Notes under the pieces: model-generated
Told to the model about the DNA's origin: nothing
The model's database searches: none
What the model saw: only the letters and a program-made list of their open reading frames with translations
Shown: positions 9,046 through 18,233 of the stretch, one piece after another
Layout: each line of letters starts with the position of its first letter
How positions within the stretch are numbered: the first letter of the stretch is position 1
Program-made: the position numbers and the translations under genes
From: an uncultured Acidobacteriota bacterium
GTDB lineage: Bacteria; Acidobacteriota; CAIWXX01
Length of the DNA stretch: 64,000 nucleotides
Assembly (NCBI GenBank): GCA_903916735.1
Contig: CAIWXX010000085.1
Coordinates: forward strand, 7,883 to 71,882
Direction of reading: 5' to 3'

Positions 9046-10746
9046 TCAGTCTTCCATCAAAGTCGAAATATCCCCGACCGGTTCGCCCCATTCCTGCGCG
9101 CGCAGAACGCGGCGCATGATCTTGCCGCTCCGAGTCTTCGGCAGTGATGGAACGAACTCGATCTCCTGCGGCATCGCCAGCGGGGATAGTTTTTTGCGGA
9201 TGAAATTCATGATCTCAAGTTCGAGATCATCGTTCACCTCATACCCCTTTTTCAATGTGACAAAAGCCTTGACGACTTCCATGTTCACCGGATCGGGCTT
9301 AGCGACCGCCGCCGATTCAGCGACAGCCGGGTGTTCGAGCAGAGCCGATTCGATTTCAAACGGGCCGACCAGATGGCCGCCCGTGTTGATGACATCGTCA
9401 TCACGGCCGACGAACCAGAAATATCCATCCTTGTCGATGCTCGCCCGATCTCCCGTGACATACCATCCATTTTTGAACTTATTGGCATAGCCGGTCGGGT
9501 TGTTCCAATAAGTACGGATGAGCGACGGCCAGCCGGGCCGAAGAGCGATCAAGCCGACTCGTCCGGGCGCATCATATTGCTCAAAATTCTTGGGATCCAA
9601 CACCGTGGCGGTCATGCCGGGAAATGGCCTGCCCATGGATCCAGCCTTGATGGGCATCCCAGGGAAATTGGTGACAACGATGCATCCGGTCTCGGTCTGC
9701 CAGAACGTATCATGGAATGGAAGCCCGTATGCCTCCTTGGACCAAATCACCGCTTCCGCATTCAACGGCTCGCCCACGCTGCAGAGATGCCTCAGCGATG
9801 ACAAATCGCATTTCGCGACGAGATCCTTGCCGTCCCGCATGAGGAGGCGGATCGCTGTCGGCGCCGAATACCAGACCGTCACGCGGTGCTTCTGAATGAA
9901 TGCGTACCAGCGCTCAGTATTGAATCCGGAATCCAAAACAACCTGCGTGATCCCGTTGGACCATGGCCCGATGATTCCGTACGACGTGCCCGTCACCCAG
10001 CCAGGGTCGGCATTGCACCAGTAGATGTCATCCGGCCTGAGATCCAAGACCCATTTGGCGGTGAGGTACTGTGAAATGAGTGAATAGTGAACATGCTGAG
10101 CGCCTTTAGGCTGGCCCGTCGTTCCGGATGTGTAATGGAGAACAGACGGAGTTTCAGCCATCGAAGGAAAGACGTCGAAGTGATCGACTCGAGGCACTTC
10201 TTCCATCGCGAAGGAATGCTCCCCTTCTTTCAGCGGCGAACCGGCCGCATCAACGACGATGACATGCCTGAGCTCAGGCAGCTTGTCGCGGATCTTCCGA
10301 ACCTTCGGCACGTACTTCTTCTGCGTGAATATGGCGCTGGTTTTTGCATCATTCAGTCGAGTCCAGAGGGATTCGTCTCCGAAGGCGGAAAAAAGAGGTT
10401 GCACGATCCCGCCCATCTTGAGAACTCCGAGGAACCCGATATACAACTCGGGGATACGATCCATGAAAAGGCAAATTCTTTCCCCGGGTTTCAATCCAAG
10501 GTCGCAGACATATCTGGCGATTGTATTCGACAAGATACGCACATCATCATAGGTGAAGCTTTTGCCTGTGCCAAGGAAATCCTCCCAGATCAACGCCGGT
10601 TTCCGGCCGTGTCCCAGTTTGCAGATGCGATCACTGCAATGCCAGCCGATGTTGATCGTGTCGCCTTTTCGATAGCCCAGTTCTTTCTCGGAAATGGACC
10701 AGTCAAAGCCCTTGAGCCGATCCTCGTACATCAGTTGATCTGTCAT
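9046..10746 (-). CDS. Acetate-CoA ligase-like AMP-binding enzyme (possibly ACP-acylating)
   Basis: LHYTSGTTGQPKG, SVGEPLN, DTFWQTETG, GRDDDVI, and KTRSGKIMRR acetyl-CoA synthetase motifs. Confidence 0.88.
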   Translation of the reverse strand: MTDQLMYEDRLKGFDWSISEKELGYRKGDTINIGWHCSDRICKLGHGRKPALIWEDFLGTGKSFTYDDVRILSNTIARYVCDLGLKPGERICLFMDRIPELYIGFLGVLKMGGIVQPLFSAFGDESLWTRLNDAKTSAIFTQKKYVPKVRKIRDKLPELRHVIVVDAAGSPLKEGEHSFAMEEVPRVDHFDVFPSMAETPSVLHYTSGTTGQPKGAQHVHYSLISQYLTAKWVLDLRPDDIYWCNADPGWVTGTSYGIIGPWSNGITQVVLDSGFNTERWYAFIQKHRVTVWYSAPTAIRLLMRDGKDLVAKCDLSSLRHLCSVGEPLNAEAVIWSKEAYGLPFHDTFWQTETGCIVVTNFPGMPIKAGSMGRPFPGMTATVLDPKNFEQYDAPGRVGLIALRPGWPSLIRTYWNNPTGYANKFKNGWYVTGDRASIDKDGYFWFVGRDDDVINTGGHLVGPFEIESALLEHPAVAESAAVAKPDPVNMEVVKAFVTLKKGYEVNDDLELEIMNFIRKKLSPLAMPQEIEFVPSLPKTRSGKIMRRVLRAQEWGEPVGDISTLMED

Positions 10747-11312
10747 CCGTTCACCCCCTCCTCGGGAAGAATATGTGTGGTTCAGAAGTCCAAGACGAAG
10801 CCGGCGCCGGCGATACCGTACACCTGAAGGAAGCCGGCCGATAACAAGGGCCGATGCTGATTATCATTTTTGAGGGTTAATCATCGAATGTGGGGTGTGC
10901 CGCATAGGTTTGAATCAGCAAAGGGAACTTCCTCCGGAGAAGTAAAATACCCGCGCCGTCTGATGCTGTCAAGATTAACTTCACAGCTCTACCAATTGCC
11001 GGTCATCAACTCACAGTGCTTAATCAATCCCTCACGGTCCCGAGGTCATCGCTTCGATTCCGATCTTCGGCCTTCTCAAGATCAAGGTATGGGGTAAGCC
11101 TGACTCCACCAAGAAGCCGCCGATGAATGATCTGGTTTCGTCCTCCGCCCTATTTTCGGAGGGAAATTATGTCACGGGTATGGTCGTGAACCTGTGGATG
11201 CAATGCTGAGATTTCATTTTTCGCGAAATAAGAAGCGCCATATGGTCCACGCCACTCAAACCGCATCTGGGAGCAGGCAACTGTGACACATGTTACTCGC
11301 TCTCAGCGAAAA

Positions 11313-12212
11313 TCATCTCCGAAGGCGCGCCTCCACAGCAGCTCTGACCGCCGTTCGGTGCGCCCCCCGATAAAATTCCTGCTGCGAAGTAGCGAAATGA
11401 AATTGTGCACATGCATCGTCCCATGTGAAACCGATCCTCCGGGCCAATTCGTCATCACGCAAAGAAGTGTCCAACGGAGGCTTCTGGTGAGCAGCCTCTG
11501 CGATTCGGCTTTCCACTTCATCGAAATAGGCCAGATTGAGGTTGATCACCGAATCGTCGTAACGGCCGACCGCGTGGCAATAAAAAACCTGCCGCGCCGC
11601 GAGCGACTTCATGCGCACCAGCGAGGACCGCATCTGGGTGTAAGTCACATCGCTGTCCACGAATGGTAGTGGGTACTCGGCCGCATCTCCCGCCAATAGC
11701 GCCGGAATTTCCGGTATGAACACTGCGATATGATCGGCCCTGTGCCCTGGTGTCGCCACGATGCGCAGGGTCAGGTCGCCGGTATGAATTTCGGCGCCGT
11801 CATTCACCGTGATCGTTGGTGGAACGAGTCGCACGGACCCATAAAGATCGGGCTCTTCGATCTTCTTCTTCGCAAGCACAGCCCACTCCTCAGCCGATTC
11901 CATGCGCTGTCGGCAGAGAGGATGAGCCAGGATCGGTGCCGGATGAGGCGCCGAATCTCCGGCAAAGCAACCATTCCCCCAGGCATGATCCCAATCCGCG
12001 TGCGTGTTGATGACCAGAAGCTCTCTGCCTTTCAGATCTTCCGACATCAGATCAATGGCCTCACCAGCCATCGGCGCGTTAAGAAGTGTGTCCACGAGAA
12101 CAAGATACCGCTTGGTCACGATTCCAAAGACGGTGACAAGATCCGAATATTGCAAAACCTTCACTCGGGGATCCCATCCATCGTTGGGAGTCATCTCGAT
12201 CGGGCAGCCCAT
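11313..12212 (-). CDS. MBL-fold metallo-hydrolase
   Basis: INTHADWDHAWGN, TPGHRADH, LAGDA, and YCH motifs. Confidence 0.85.
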   Translation of the reverse strand: MGCPIEMTPNDGWDPRVKVLQYSDLVTVFGIVTKRYLVLVDTLLNAPMAGEAIDLMSEDLKGRELLVINTHADWDHAWGNGCFAGDSAPHPAPILAHPLCRQRMESAEEWAVLAKKKIEEPDLYGSVRLVPPTITVNDGAEIHTGDLTLRIVATPGHRADHIAVFIPEIPALLAGDAAEYPLPFVDSDVTYTQMRSSLVRMKSLAARQVFYCHAVGRYDDSVINLNLAYFDEVESRIAEAAHQKPPLDTSLRDDELARRIGFTWDDACAQFHFATSQQEFYRGAHRTAVRAAVEARLRR

Positions 12213-12271
12213 GATTTTCTCCTCATGTTCTGAGCGTCACAGCCAATGGTCAGATCAGCTGTCATTCGATC

Positions 12272-13573
12272 CTATGCAGCCGGCGCCCTCTTCTCCCTGG
12301 CAGCGATTGCGCGGCTGACGAATGTCAGAGCCGCCGCGGCCAGGAGCATTCCGATGATGATGAAGTAGGTCAAATCATTAGAGCCTGTCACATCCTTGAT
12401 CCTTCCATGCACCCACGGCCCGATGAGGCCGGCGGCGCCCCAGGCACTGAAGAGGATGCCATAGTTGAGTCCGAAATTTTTTAAACCAAAATAATCTCTG
12501 GCCGCAGATGGGAAAAGAGACAGATTCGATCCATAATTGGCTCCGATAAGTAAAACGATCATCATCATCGAAAGCCAGCCGGCTCCTCCTTGGACGAGGT
12601 AGAGAACTGCAAGGACGACGGCTTGTGTGATCAGCGTCAGGAAGAGGGTCCATTGCCGGCCGATGATATCGGAGAGAGTTCCAGCAAGAATTCGACCACC
12701 GGCATTGCCGATCGCCAGTACGACGACGGCGAGGAAGGCAAGCTCGCCGAGAGATCTCCTACCGAAGTCCTGCGCAACACTGATGAAAGTCAGCCCGGCA
12801 GAAGCGCCGGCAAAAAAAATGATCCAGAGGATGTAAAACTGGGAGCAGCGAAGCATGTGCTTCCAGGTCGTATCGGAGCCTGATGGAGCAACAATCGAAG
12901 ATTTCCCATCCTTCGATGGTGACGGATTCGGCTGAGCGGCCGAAGGATTTCTCAGAAATTGCGAAAGAACCGTGACCACGAGGAGGAATCCGATTCCGAA
13001 TGTGATCATCGTGCTGGAAACGCCCTTTTCAACAACCTCAACTCCTGTCAATGGATCCAAAAGGCCGGTGCCTTTGCTGAAAACGTGGAGGAGTTTATTC
13101 GCCAGAGGTGCGATATAAACTGAAGCGAGTCCGAAGCCGGAAACGACGATGCCTGCAATCATGCCGGTCTTCTTCGGCGGAAACCATTTCACAGCGGGCG
13201 GTGTTGCGGATGCATAGCCGAAGCCGATGCCGAAGCCTGCCAGGATGCCGAAACCGATGACAAAGCCGGTCAGCGAGGAGCCCGAGAGGCCGGCGATGAT
13301 GCATCCGAGGCCGGTGAGAACACCGCCAATCGTCGCAACCCAGCGCGGACCGATGGCATCCTGCAGGCGGCCGGCCGGAATCATGGCTATGGCAAAACAG
13401 ATGCAAGCAACCGAATACGGCAAAGCCCTCGCCGCATTGCTCCATCCCCATGAAACAGGAATGCCTCCCTTGATGACGCTCCACGTATAGAGAATCCCCA
13501 GCGCCAGATTGATGCCCGTCCCCGAGAGAGTGACGATCCAGCCGGGTTTCGTTTCAAACTTGCTCATCCTCAT
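12272..13573 (-). CDS. OFA-family MFS transporter (oxalate/formate antiporter-like)
   Basis: About 12 hydrophobic segments; GRLQDAIGPR and GTLSDIIGR MFS loop motifs; KWFPPKKTGMIAGIVVSGFG. Confidence 0.85.
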   Translation of the reverse strand: MRMSKFETKPGWIVTLSGTGINLALGILYTWSVIKGGIPVSWGWSNAARALPYSVACICFAIAMIPAGRLQDAIGPRWVATIGGVLTGLGCIIAGLSGSSLTGFVIGFGILAGFGIGFGYASATPPAVKWFPPKKTGMIAGIVVSGFGLASVYIAPLANKLLHVFSKGTGLLDPLTGVEVVEKGVSSTMITFGIGFLLVVTVLSQFLRNPSAAQPNPSPSKDGKSSIVAPSGSDTTWKHMLRCSQFYILWIIFFAGASAGLTFISVAQDFGRRSLGELAFLAVVVLAIGNAGGRILAGTLSDIIGRQWTLFLTLITQAVVLAVLYLVQGGAGWLSMMMIVLLIGANYGSNLSLFPSAARDYFGLKNFGLNYGILFSAWGAAGLIGPWVHGRIKDVTGSNDLTYFIIIGMLLAAAALTFVSRAIAAREKRAPAA

Positions 13574-13786
13574 GACCCTTTCAATGTCGTTGCATTCAGT
13601 GCGCAGCTGTGAAGTGGTTTCGTCGCTGAAGGTCAATGTTCATGGGGTTGTCAATGGGCTCTTCCTGCAGGGGGTTGGGAATTGCCCACATCTGAATTGA
13701 CCGACAGATCTTTGACCAAGTCCACGATCGACCCATCCACATCAGGTTGAATATGGATGTCCATTATCGCCACCCCTGGTCGTTCT

Positions 13787-13811
13787 TAGTTGTCGGTCCC
13801 CAGTTGTCAGT
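13787..13811. repeat. Short degenerate AGTTGTC repeat relic
   Basis: TAGTTGTCGGTCCCCAGTTGTCAGT contains two AGTTGTC units. Confidence 0.35.
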
Positions 13812-13820
13812 CTCTCGTGA

Positions 13821-14051
13821 TTATCGTGCATCATCGTTTCTGTTCCCGAGTGGTCGCACCAACCCGCCTCGGCCATGGGCGATCGCGCGAGCAACTTCTT
13901 CATGGAAAGAATATGGTAAACTGCGGCCGGCGATGCGACAGAATGCATCAATAACCTGTGTTGCTCCAGTGCCGGGCACGCTTGTGACAATCTGTGCGCC
14001 GGCATCATGAATCGCACGAGCCAGGATCTGTATCGCAGTTTCTTTCATCAT
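13821..14051 (-). pseudogene. N-terminal fragment of an indolepyruvate:ferredoxin oxidoreductase alpha-like subunit
   Basis: ILARAIHDAGAQIVTSVPGTGATQV...SFHEEVARAIAHG parallels the IorA pattern AIARGA.EAGV..A.SYPGTPSTEI...NEKVA.E.A.G. Similarity is lost after about 60 codons. Confidence 0.55.
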
Positions 14052-14129
14052 GAAAAGCTAAGGCCGAGTTATGCAAAAGTCAAACGGCGCGGGCGCCAAT
14101 TTGTTTATATGGGAACGAGGAGCTGAGGT

Positions 14130-14366
14130 ATGAATCGAATATTAAACCTCTTATTTCTACTGACGCTCCTTCCCGGTATTGTCGCGTGGTGGCAAAGTTG
14201 AAAACAGGCCAACCGCGGCCGCCTCGCTTTTGTGACAAGTGGCATTTATGTCGTGGTCATGATAACGACTTCAGTTCCATGGCCTCTTATTTTCTCAGTT
14301 TCCGGACATCCTTTGTCTGGAGCCTCAATGATTGAAATGGCATTGGCCGCCGGGCACTCAGTATGA
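14130..14366 (+). pseudogene. Small membrane-protein gene with one in-frame TGA
   Basis: GAGGAG/GAGG upstream. Translation is MNRILNLLFLLTLLPGIVAWWQS*KQANRGRLAFVTSGIYVVVMITTSVPWPLIFSV...GHSV*. The final TGA overlaps the next ATG (ATGA). Confidence 0.5.
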
Positions 14367-15601
14367 GCGGCACCGTGACAGAGGTGGATATCGTTATTGT
14401 CGGCTGTGGAGCAGCAGGGATAGCGACATCCATTTTCGCAGCGCAGCGGCGTCCCGGGAAATCCATTATGCTGCTCGATGGAGCGGAGAAAATCGGCGCC
14501 AAGATCCTCATGAGTGGCGGCGGGCGATGCAATGTCGCCAACCGAAATGCATCGGCATCCGATTACCATGGCGGCAGCTCGATCTTCATTCGTCACGTCC
14601 TGCAGGCTTTTCCTGTAGATAAAACCATCAGATTTTTTCGCGATGCTGGAGCCGATTTGCATGAAGAGTCCGATGGGAAGCTCTTTCCCGCAACAAATCA
14701 ATCTCGCACTGTCCTCAATGCTCTGGTCCGCCGGATGAACGATATCGGAATTCGCCTGTGTCCACGACATCGGGTGGTGGAGGTTATTCGGAAAGGCGGC
14801 GGCTTCCAGATCAAGACCTCAGCTGGAATCATCGCCGCGCCACGGATCGTGTTGGCCACTGGAGGCATGTCCTATCCGCAAACCGGAAGTGACGGATCCG
14901 GCTATCGGATTGCCCGGAGCCTTGGCCACGGCCTCATTCCGCCGGTGCCGGCGTTGGTGCCGCTTGTCCTGGAAGGCACAAGGCACCGACAGCTGGCCGG
15001 AATATCGCAGGAAATCGTGCTCACATTGAAGCGAGACGGTCGAGGCGCGGCGCAGTTTCGCGGCCCCATGCTCTGGACTCATTTCGGCATCAGCGGACCG
15101 GCGGTTCTCAATATGTCGGGTATTTGGCACCGCACAAAACTCGGGGATTCAACGGCCCGTCTCCAGGCGAATTTCCTGCCGGATGATGATTTCACTTCCG
15201 CTGAACTGAGGTTGTTGAATTTAGCATCCACACACGGCCGGCCTTCATTGCAGAGTGTTCTTTCTCAATTTCTTCCGGCACGTGTCAGCCGAGTCCTCCT
15301 CCAACAAATGGAGCTTGATGGGCAAGGGTGTACCTCTCACCTCTCACGCGCCGATCGTCGCCGGCTCCTCCATTCACTTCTGGAATGCGAGTTGCCAGTG
15401 AGTGGCAGTCGAGGCTATGCAGAAGCGGAAGTCACCGCCGGCGGAGTTCCTCTTGATGAAATCAATCCGACGACGATGGAATCACGGATCTGCTCGGGCC
15501 TTCATTTCGCCGGCGAAATTCTCGATGTCGACGGCCGAATCGGAGGGTTTAATTTCCAATGGGCATGGTCCAGCGCCTGGGTCGCAGCATCGGCTCTTTG
15601 A
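14363..15601 (+). CDS. HI0933/YhiN/BaiN-family flavoprotein (NAD(P)/FAD-dependent oxidoreductase)
   Basis: IVGCGAAG, KILMSGGGRCNV, LATGGMSYPQTGSDGSGY, and VTAGGV...GEILDVDGRIGGFNFQWAWSS. Confidence 0.93.
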   Translation: MSGTVTEVDIVIVGCGAAGIATSIFAAQRRPGKSIMLLDGAEKIGAKILMSGGGRCNVANRNASASDYHGGSSIFIRHVLQAFPVDKTIRFFRDAGADLHEESDGKLFPATNQSRTVLNALVRRMNDIGIRLCPRHRVVEVIRKGGGFQIKTSAGIIAAPRIVLATGGMSYPQTGSDGSGYRIARSLGHGLIPPVPALVPLVLEGTRHRQLAGISQEIVLTLKRDGRGAAQFRGPMLWTHFGISGPAVLNMSGIWHRTKLGDSTARLQANFLPDDDFTSAELRLLNLASTHGRPSLQSVLSQFLPARVSRVLLQQMELDGQGCTSHLSRADRRRLLHSLLECELPVSGSRGYAEAEVTAGGVPLDEINPTTMESRICSGLHFAGEILDVDGRIGGFNFQWAWSSAWVAASAL

Positions 15602-15862
15602 GTCGCGATCACATGAAATGGCTCGTTGTCAGTTTCCCTTTCTCAGGTCAGAGACAGCCGATTCAATCAATCGTGATTTCGATGTTAGGATACTTTCGAG
15701 ATGAGAGGGGCGCGCTCCCCTGCACCTCGGCTCCAGCGCCATCGCGAGAAAAAAAGGGCTATTCAGCAATTTTCAGCTTTTCGCGTTATGGCATGCAATC
15801 TATTATTGCATTCTCATTGCAACCGTGGTTGACTGGGTGAGCAGAAACACGGTAAGGAGAAA

Positions 15863-17188
15863 GTGATGAAAATCGATGCCCTTTACGCCCAGCACATTGA
15901 AATTTTGAGGAAGCGGTATGCAGAAGCCATCGAGGCACTCACAAAAAGCGGCCAGGCCATCGATGCGGTCCTTCTGCACAGCGGTTCTGAAACAGTGTAT
16001 TACGCCGATGATGAAATTTGCCCCTTCAAGGCATACGGTCATTTTGCGCAATGGCTCCCTGTTGAACGCCCCGATCAGATGGTGCTTGTTGAGCCCGGCA
16101 AGAAGCCTGTCTATTACCGGGTTGTTCCACGAGATTACTGGTACGACCAGACGGTGCCGAGTGCAGACTGGTGGACCGGCCAATTTGACATCGTTGATCT
16201 GATCGCGCCTGAAGAGGTCTTCGATCATCTTCCTCCTCATCGGCGGATTGCTTTTATGGGTGAGAACACGGCATTCGCGGCGACTATCGGGCTACCATCC
16301 ACCTTGCAGAATCATCCCCAATTGAAAAACCGCCTCGACTACCCACGCGCCTATAAAACCGATTACGAAGTTGCGCGTTTGCGTGAGGCCAACAAGATGG
16401 CGATTGTGGGCCAGGAAGCGGCGCGGGGAGCGTTCGAGCGGCGCGGAAGCGAATGGCGGATTCATATGGATTATCTAAACGCGTGCGGGGTCACCGAGCA
16501 TGAGACGCCTTTTCCGAATATCGTTGCCCTGGACGAAAAATCTGCAATCCTTCACTATCAGCACCGGAGGCATGACGGTGGAGATAAGAGTCGCGTGCTT
16601 CTGGTGGATGCCGGCTATCGCCTGGCCGGCTACTGCTCAGATCTCACTCGCACCTATGCCCGCGACGATGCACACCCTGTTTTTCGTGCTCTCCTGAAAG
16701 GCATGGATCGCCTTCAGAGGGAGATCGTGGCGCTTTCGAAGCCCGGCCTTCCCTTCGCCGATCTCCACATAGAAACCCACCGGAAAGTCCGCGAGCTGCT
16801 TAAAGAGACCGGAATCGTCACGGGCTCGGATGCTGAAATTGAAACTCATTCCATCAGCCGGCTTTTCTTTCCACATGGCCTTGGGCACCTTCTCGGAATT
16901 CAGGTTCATGATGTGGGAGGGCACCTGAAGAATGCCGAGGGAGAACTCAACCAGCGACCCACAGAGCACCCGTTCCTCCGGCTCACACGGCAACTCGAAC
17001 CCGGCATGGTTTTCACCGTCGAACCCGGACTCTACTTCATTCCGACGCTGCTCGATCCGGAGAGAAACACTGAGAAGGGTTGCCTGCTCAACTGGAGGCT
17101 CATCGATGAACTTCTGCCCTTCGGCGGAATTCGAATCGAAGATAATGTGCTGATCACCGCTCAGGGTCATGAGAACCTGACGAGGTGA
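15863..17188 (+). CDS. pepQ: Xaa-Pro dipeptidase (prolidase, M24B)
   Basis: VDAG...SDLTRT, HGLGHLLGIQVHDVGG, TVEPGLY, and GGIRIEDNV metal-ligand motifs; AAGGAG RBS. Confidence 0.9.
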   Translation: MMKIDALYAQHIEILRKRYAEAIEALTKSGQAIDAVLLHSGSETVYYADDEICPFKAYGHFAQWLPVERPDQMVLVEPGKKPVYYRVVPRDYWYDQTVPSADWWTGQFDIVDLIAPEEVFDHLPPHRRIAFMGENTAFAATIGLPSTLQNHPQLKNRLDYPRAYKTDYEVARLREANKMAIVGQEAARGAFERRGSEWRIHMDYLNACGVTEHETPFPNIVALDEKSAILHYQHRRHDGGDKSRVLLVDAGYRLAGYCSDLTRTYARDDAHPVFRALLKGMDRLQREIVALSKPGLPFADLHIETHRKVRELLKETGIVTGSDAEIETHSISRLFFPHGLGHLLGIQVHDVGGHLKNAEGELNQRPTEHPFLRLTRQLEPGMVFTVEPGLYFIPTLLDPERNTEKGCLLNWRLIDELLPFGGIRIEDNVLITAQGHENLTR

Positions 17189-17302
17189 ACTACCGGAAAT
17201 TTGGAATCGTAACCGGGCCGTGCGAGCCGAGTCCGTCTTCCTGAGCGAGCATTATTGTTTGGACGCGAATAGAGTCGAACAAGACGGAAATCGATATGGA
17301 AA

Positions 17303-17866
17303 TCATCCGTAGAGTTCGCGTTCGATCTCCTCGGCGAGCTGTCTGATTTCCTTCAGTTTCCGGCGGAGGCGTTCCCTTGCTTCCTGGCTCTGCGATGGAG
17401 TCGGGGTACGCAAAGATCCTTCGGTGGGGTAGAGACGTTTAAGTGCATCGTAGATTGATGTTTGAGGAGCAATTTGCGACCTGATCTGGCATCCTGTTTC
17501 CCTTTCCAGAGTCTTCAGCGCCTCCCGATCCTCCGGATCGACGAGCACGACCGTCAACGTCTTATCCGCTCGTGATACAGGGATAGCGCCGAATCGATAT
17601 GCCGTTGCGGTTGAGACGAGCGTAAGGACTTCGCGCGGGATCAGCCGCTTCGATAAGGATATCGTATCGGTTCCGCGTTGCATCGCCAGAAATGTCGCCA
17701 GGACATCTTCATCAATCGCCCCGATTTTCACGAGAGAGGAGCCGAGCCGGCCTCCTTCTTTTGCTTGGTATTCGAGTGCCCTCGCGAGTTGTTCTTCTGT
17801 AACAATGCCGGCCGATAAGAGCATCTCGCCGATCTTAGTAGGCTCGCTTTTCTTCATGCTCGTCAT
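17303..17866 (-). CDS. Stand-alone MshEN / GspE N-terminal domain protein (no ATPase domain)
   Basis: KIGEMLLSAGIVTEEQLARALEYQ...RLGSSLVKIGAIDEDVLATFLAMQ forms tandem MshEN motifs, followed by a T2SSE_N-like segment and a charged C-terminal helix. Confidence 0.8.
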   Translation of the reverse strand: MTSMKKSEPTKIGEMLLSAGIVTEEQLARALEYQAKEGGRLGSSLVKIGAIDEDVLATFLAMQRGTDTISLSKRLIPREVLTLVSTATAYRFGAIPVSRADKTLTVVLVDPEDREALKTLERETGCQIRSQIAPQTSIYDALKRLYPTEGSLRTPTPSQSQEARERLRRKLKEIRQLAEEIERELYG

Positions 17867-18233
17867 GCTAACCCCCGAATTCCTTTCCCAGCAATTTAGC
17901 CCCAACCGGTTCAAAGGTCAATCACGGAATTGAAGGTGTGTCTTTTCATAAAATGAGGAATGATTCACAGACTGTTCTCATGATCTGGGATCGAGGGGCT
18001 GGATATGTGGGGCTAGGGATTGAACGTCGATCCGGACGGCTGGAACTTGCCCTCTGCTCCTCGTTCCTGGTCTCTGAGAGGTTTTCTCTCCAGCTTTTTT
18101 TTGACTCTGCCAATTCAAAATTTCCTGATGAGGCACCGGCTTGACTTTGACGTTATCCTTGTGGATCAGGATCTGCATCTTGACACCACCGACACTCATC
18201 CCTACCCTTTAGCTGAGCGGTGTTAATAAAACC

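Noticed and set aside
10780-10860. Coding-like tail LLSAGFLQVYGIAGAGFVLDF* just upstream of the ligase, and a possible riboswitch
   Set aside because: There is an in-frame stop upstream and no convincing start. It matches no riboswitch consensus I can recognise. It may be the remnant of a lost upstream gene, but this cannot be supported.
11040-11111. TTCGATTCC and CTCCACCA resembling a tRNA/tmRNA 3' end or att site
   Set aside because: The two motifs are too far apart, no cloverleaf can be folded, and an 8-bp match is expected by chance.
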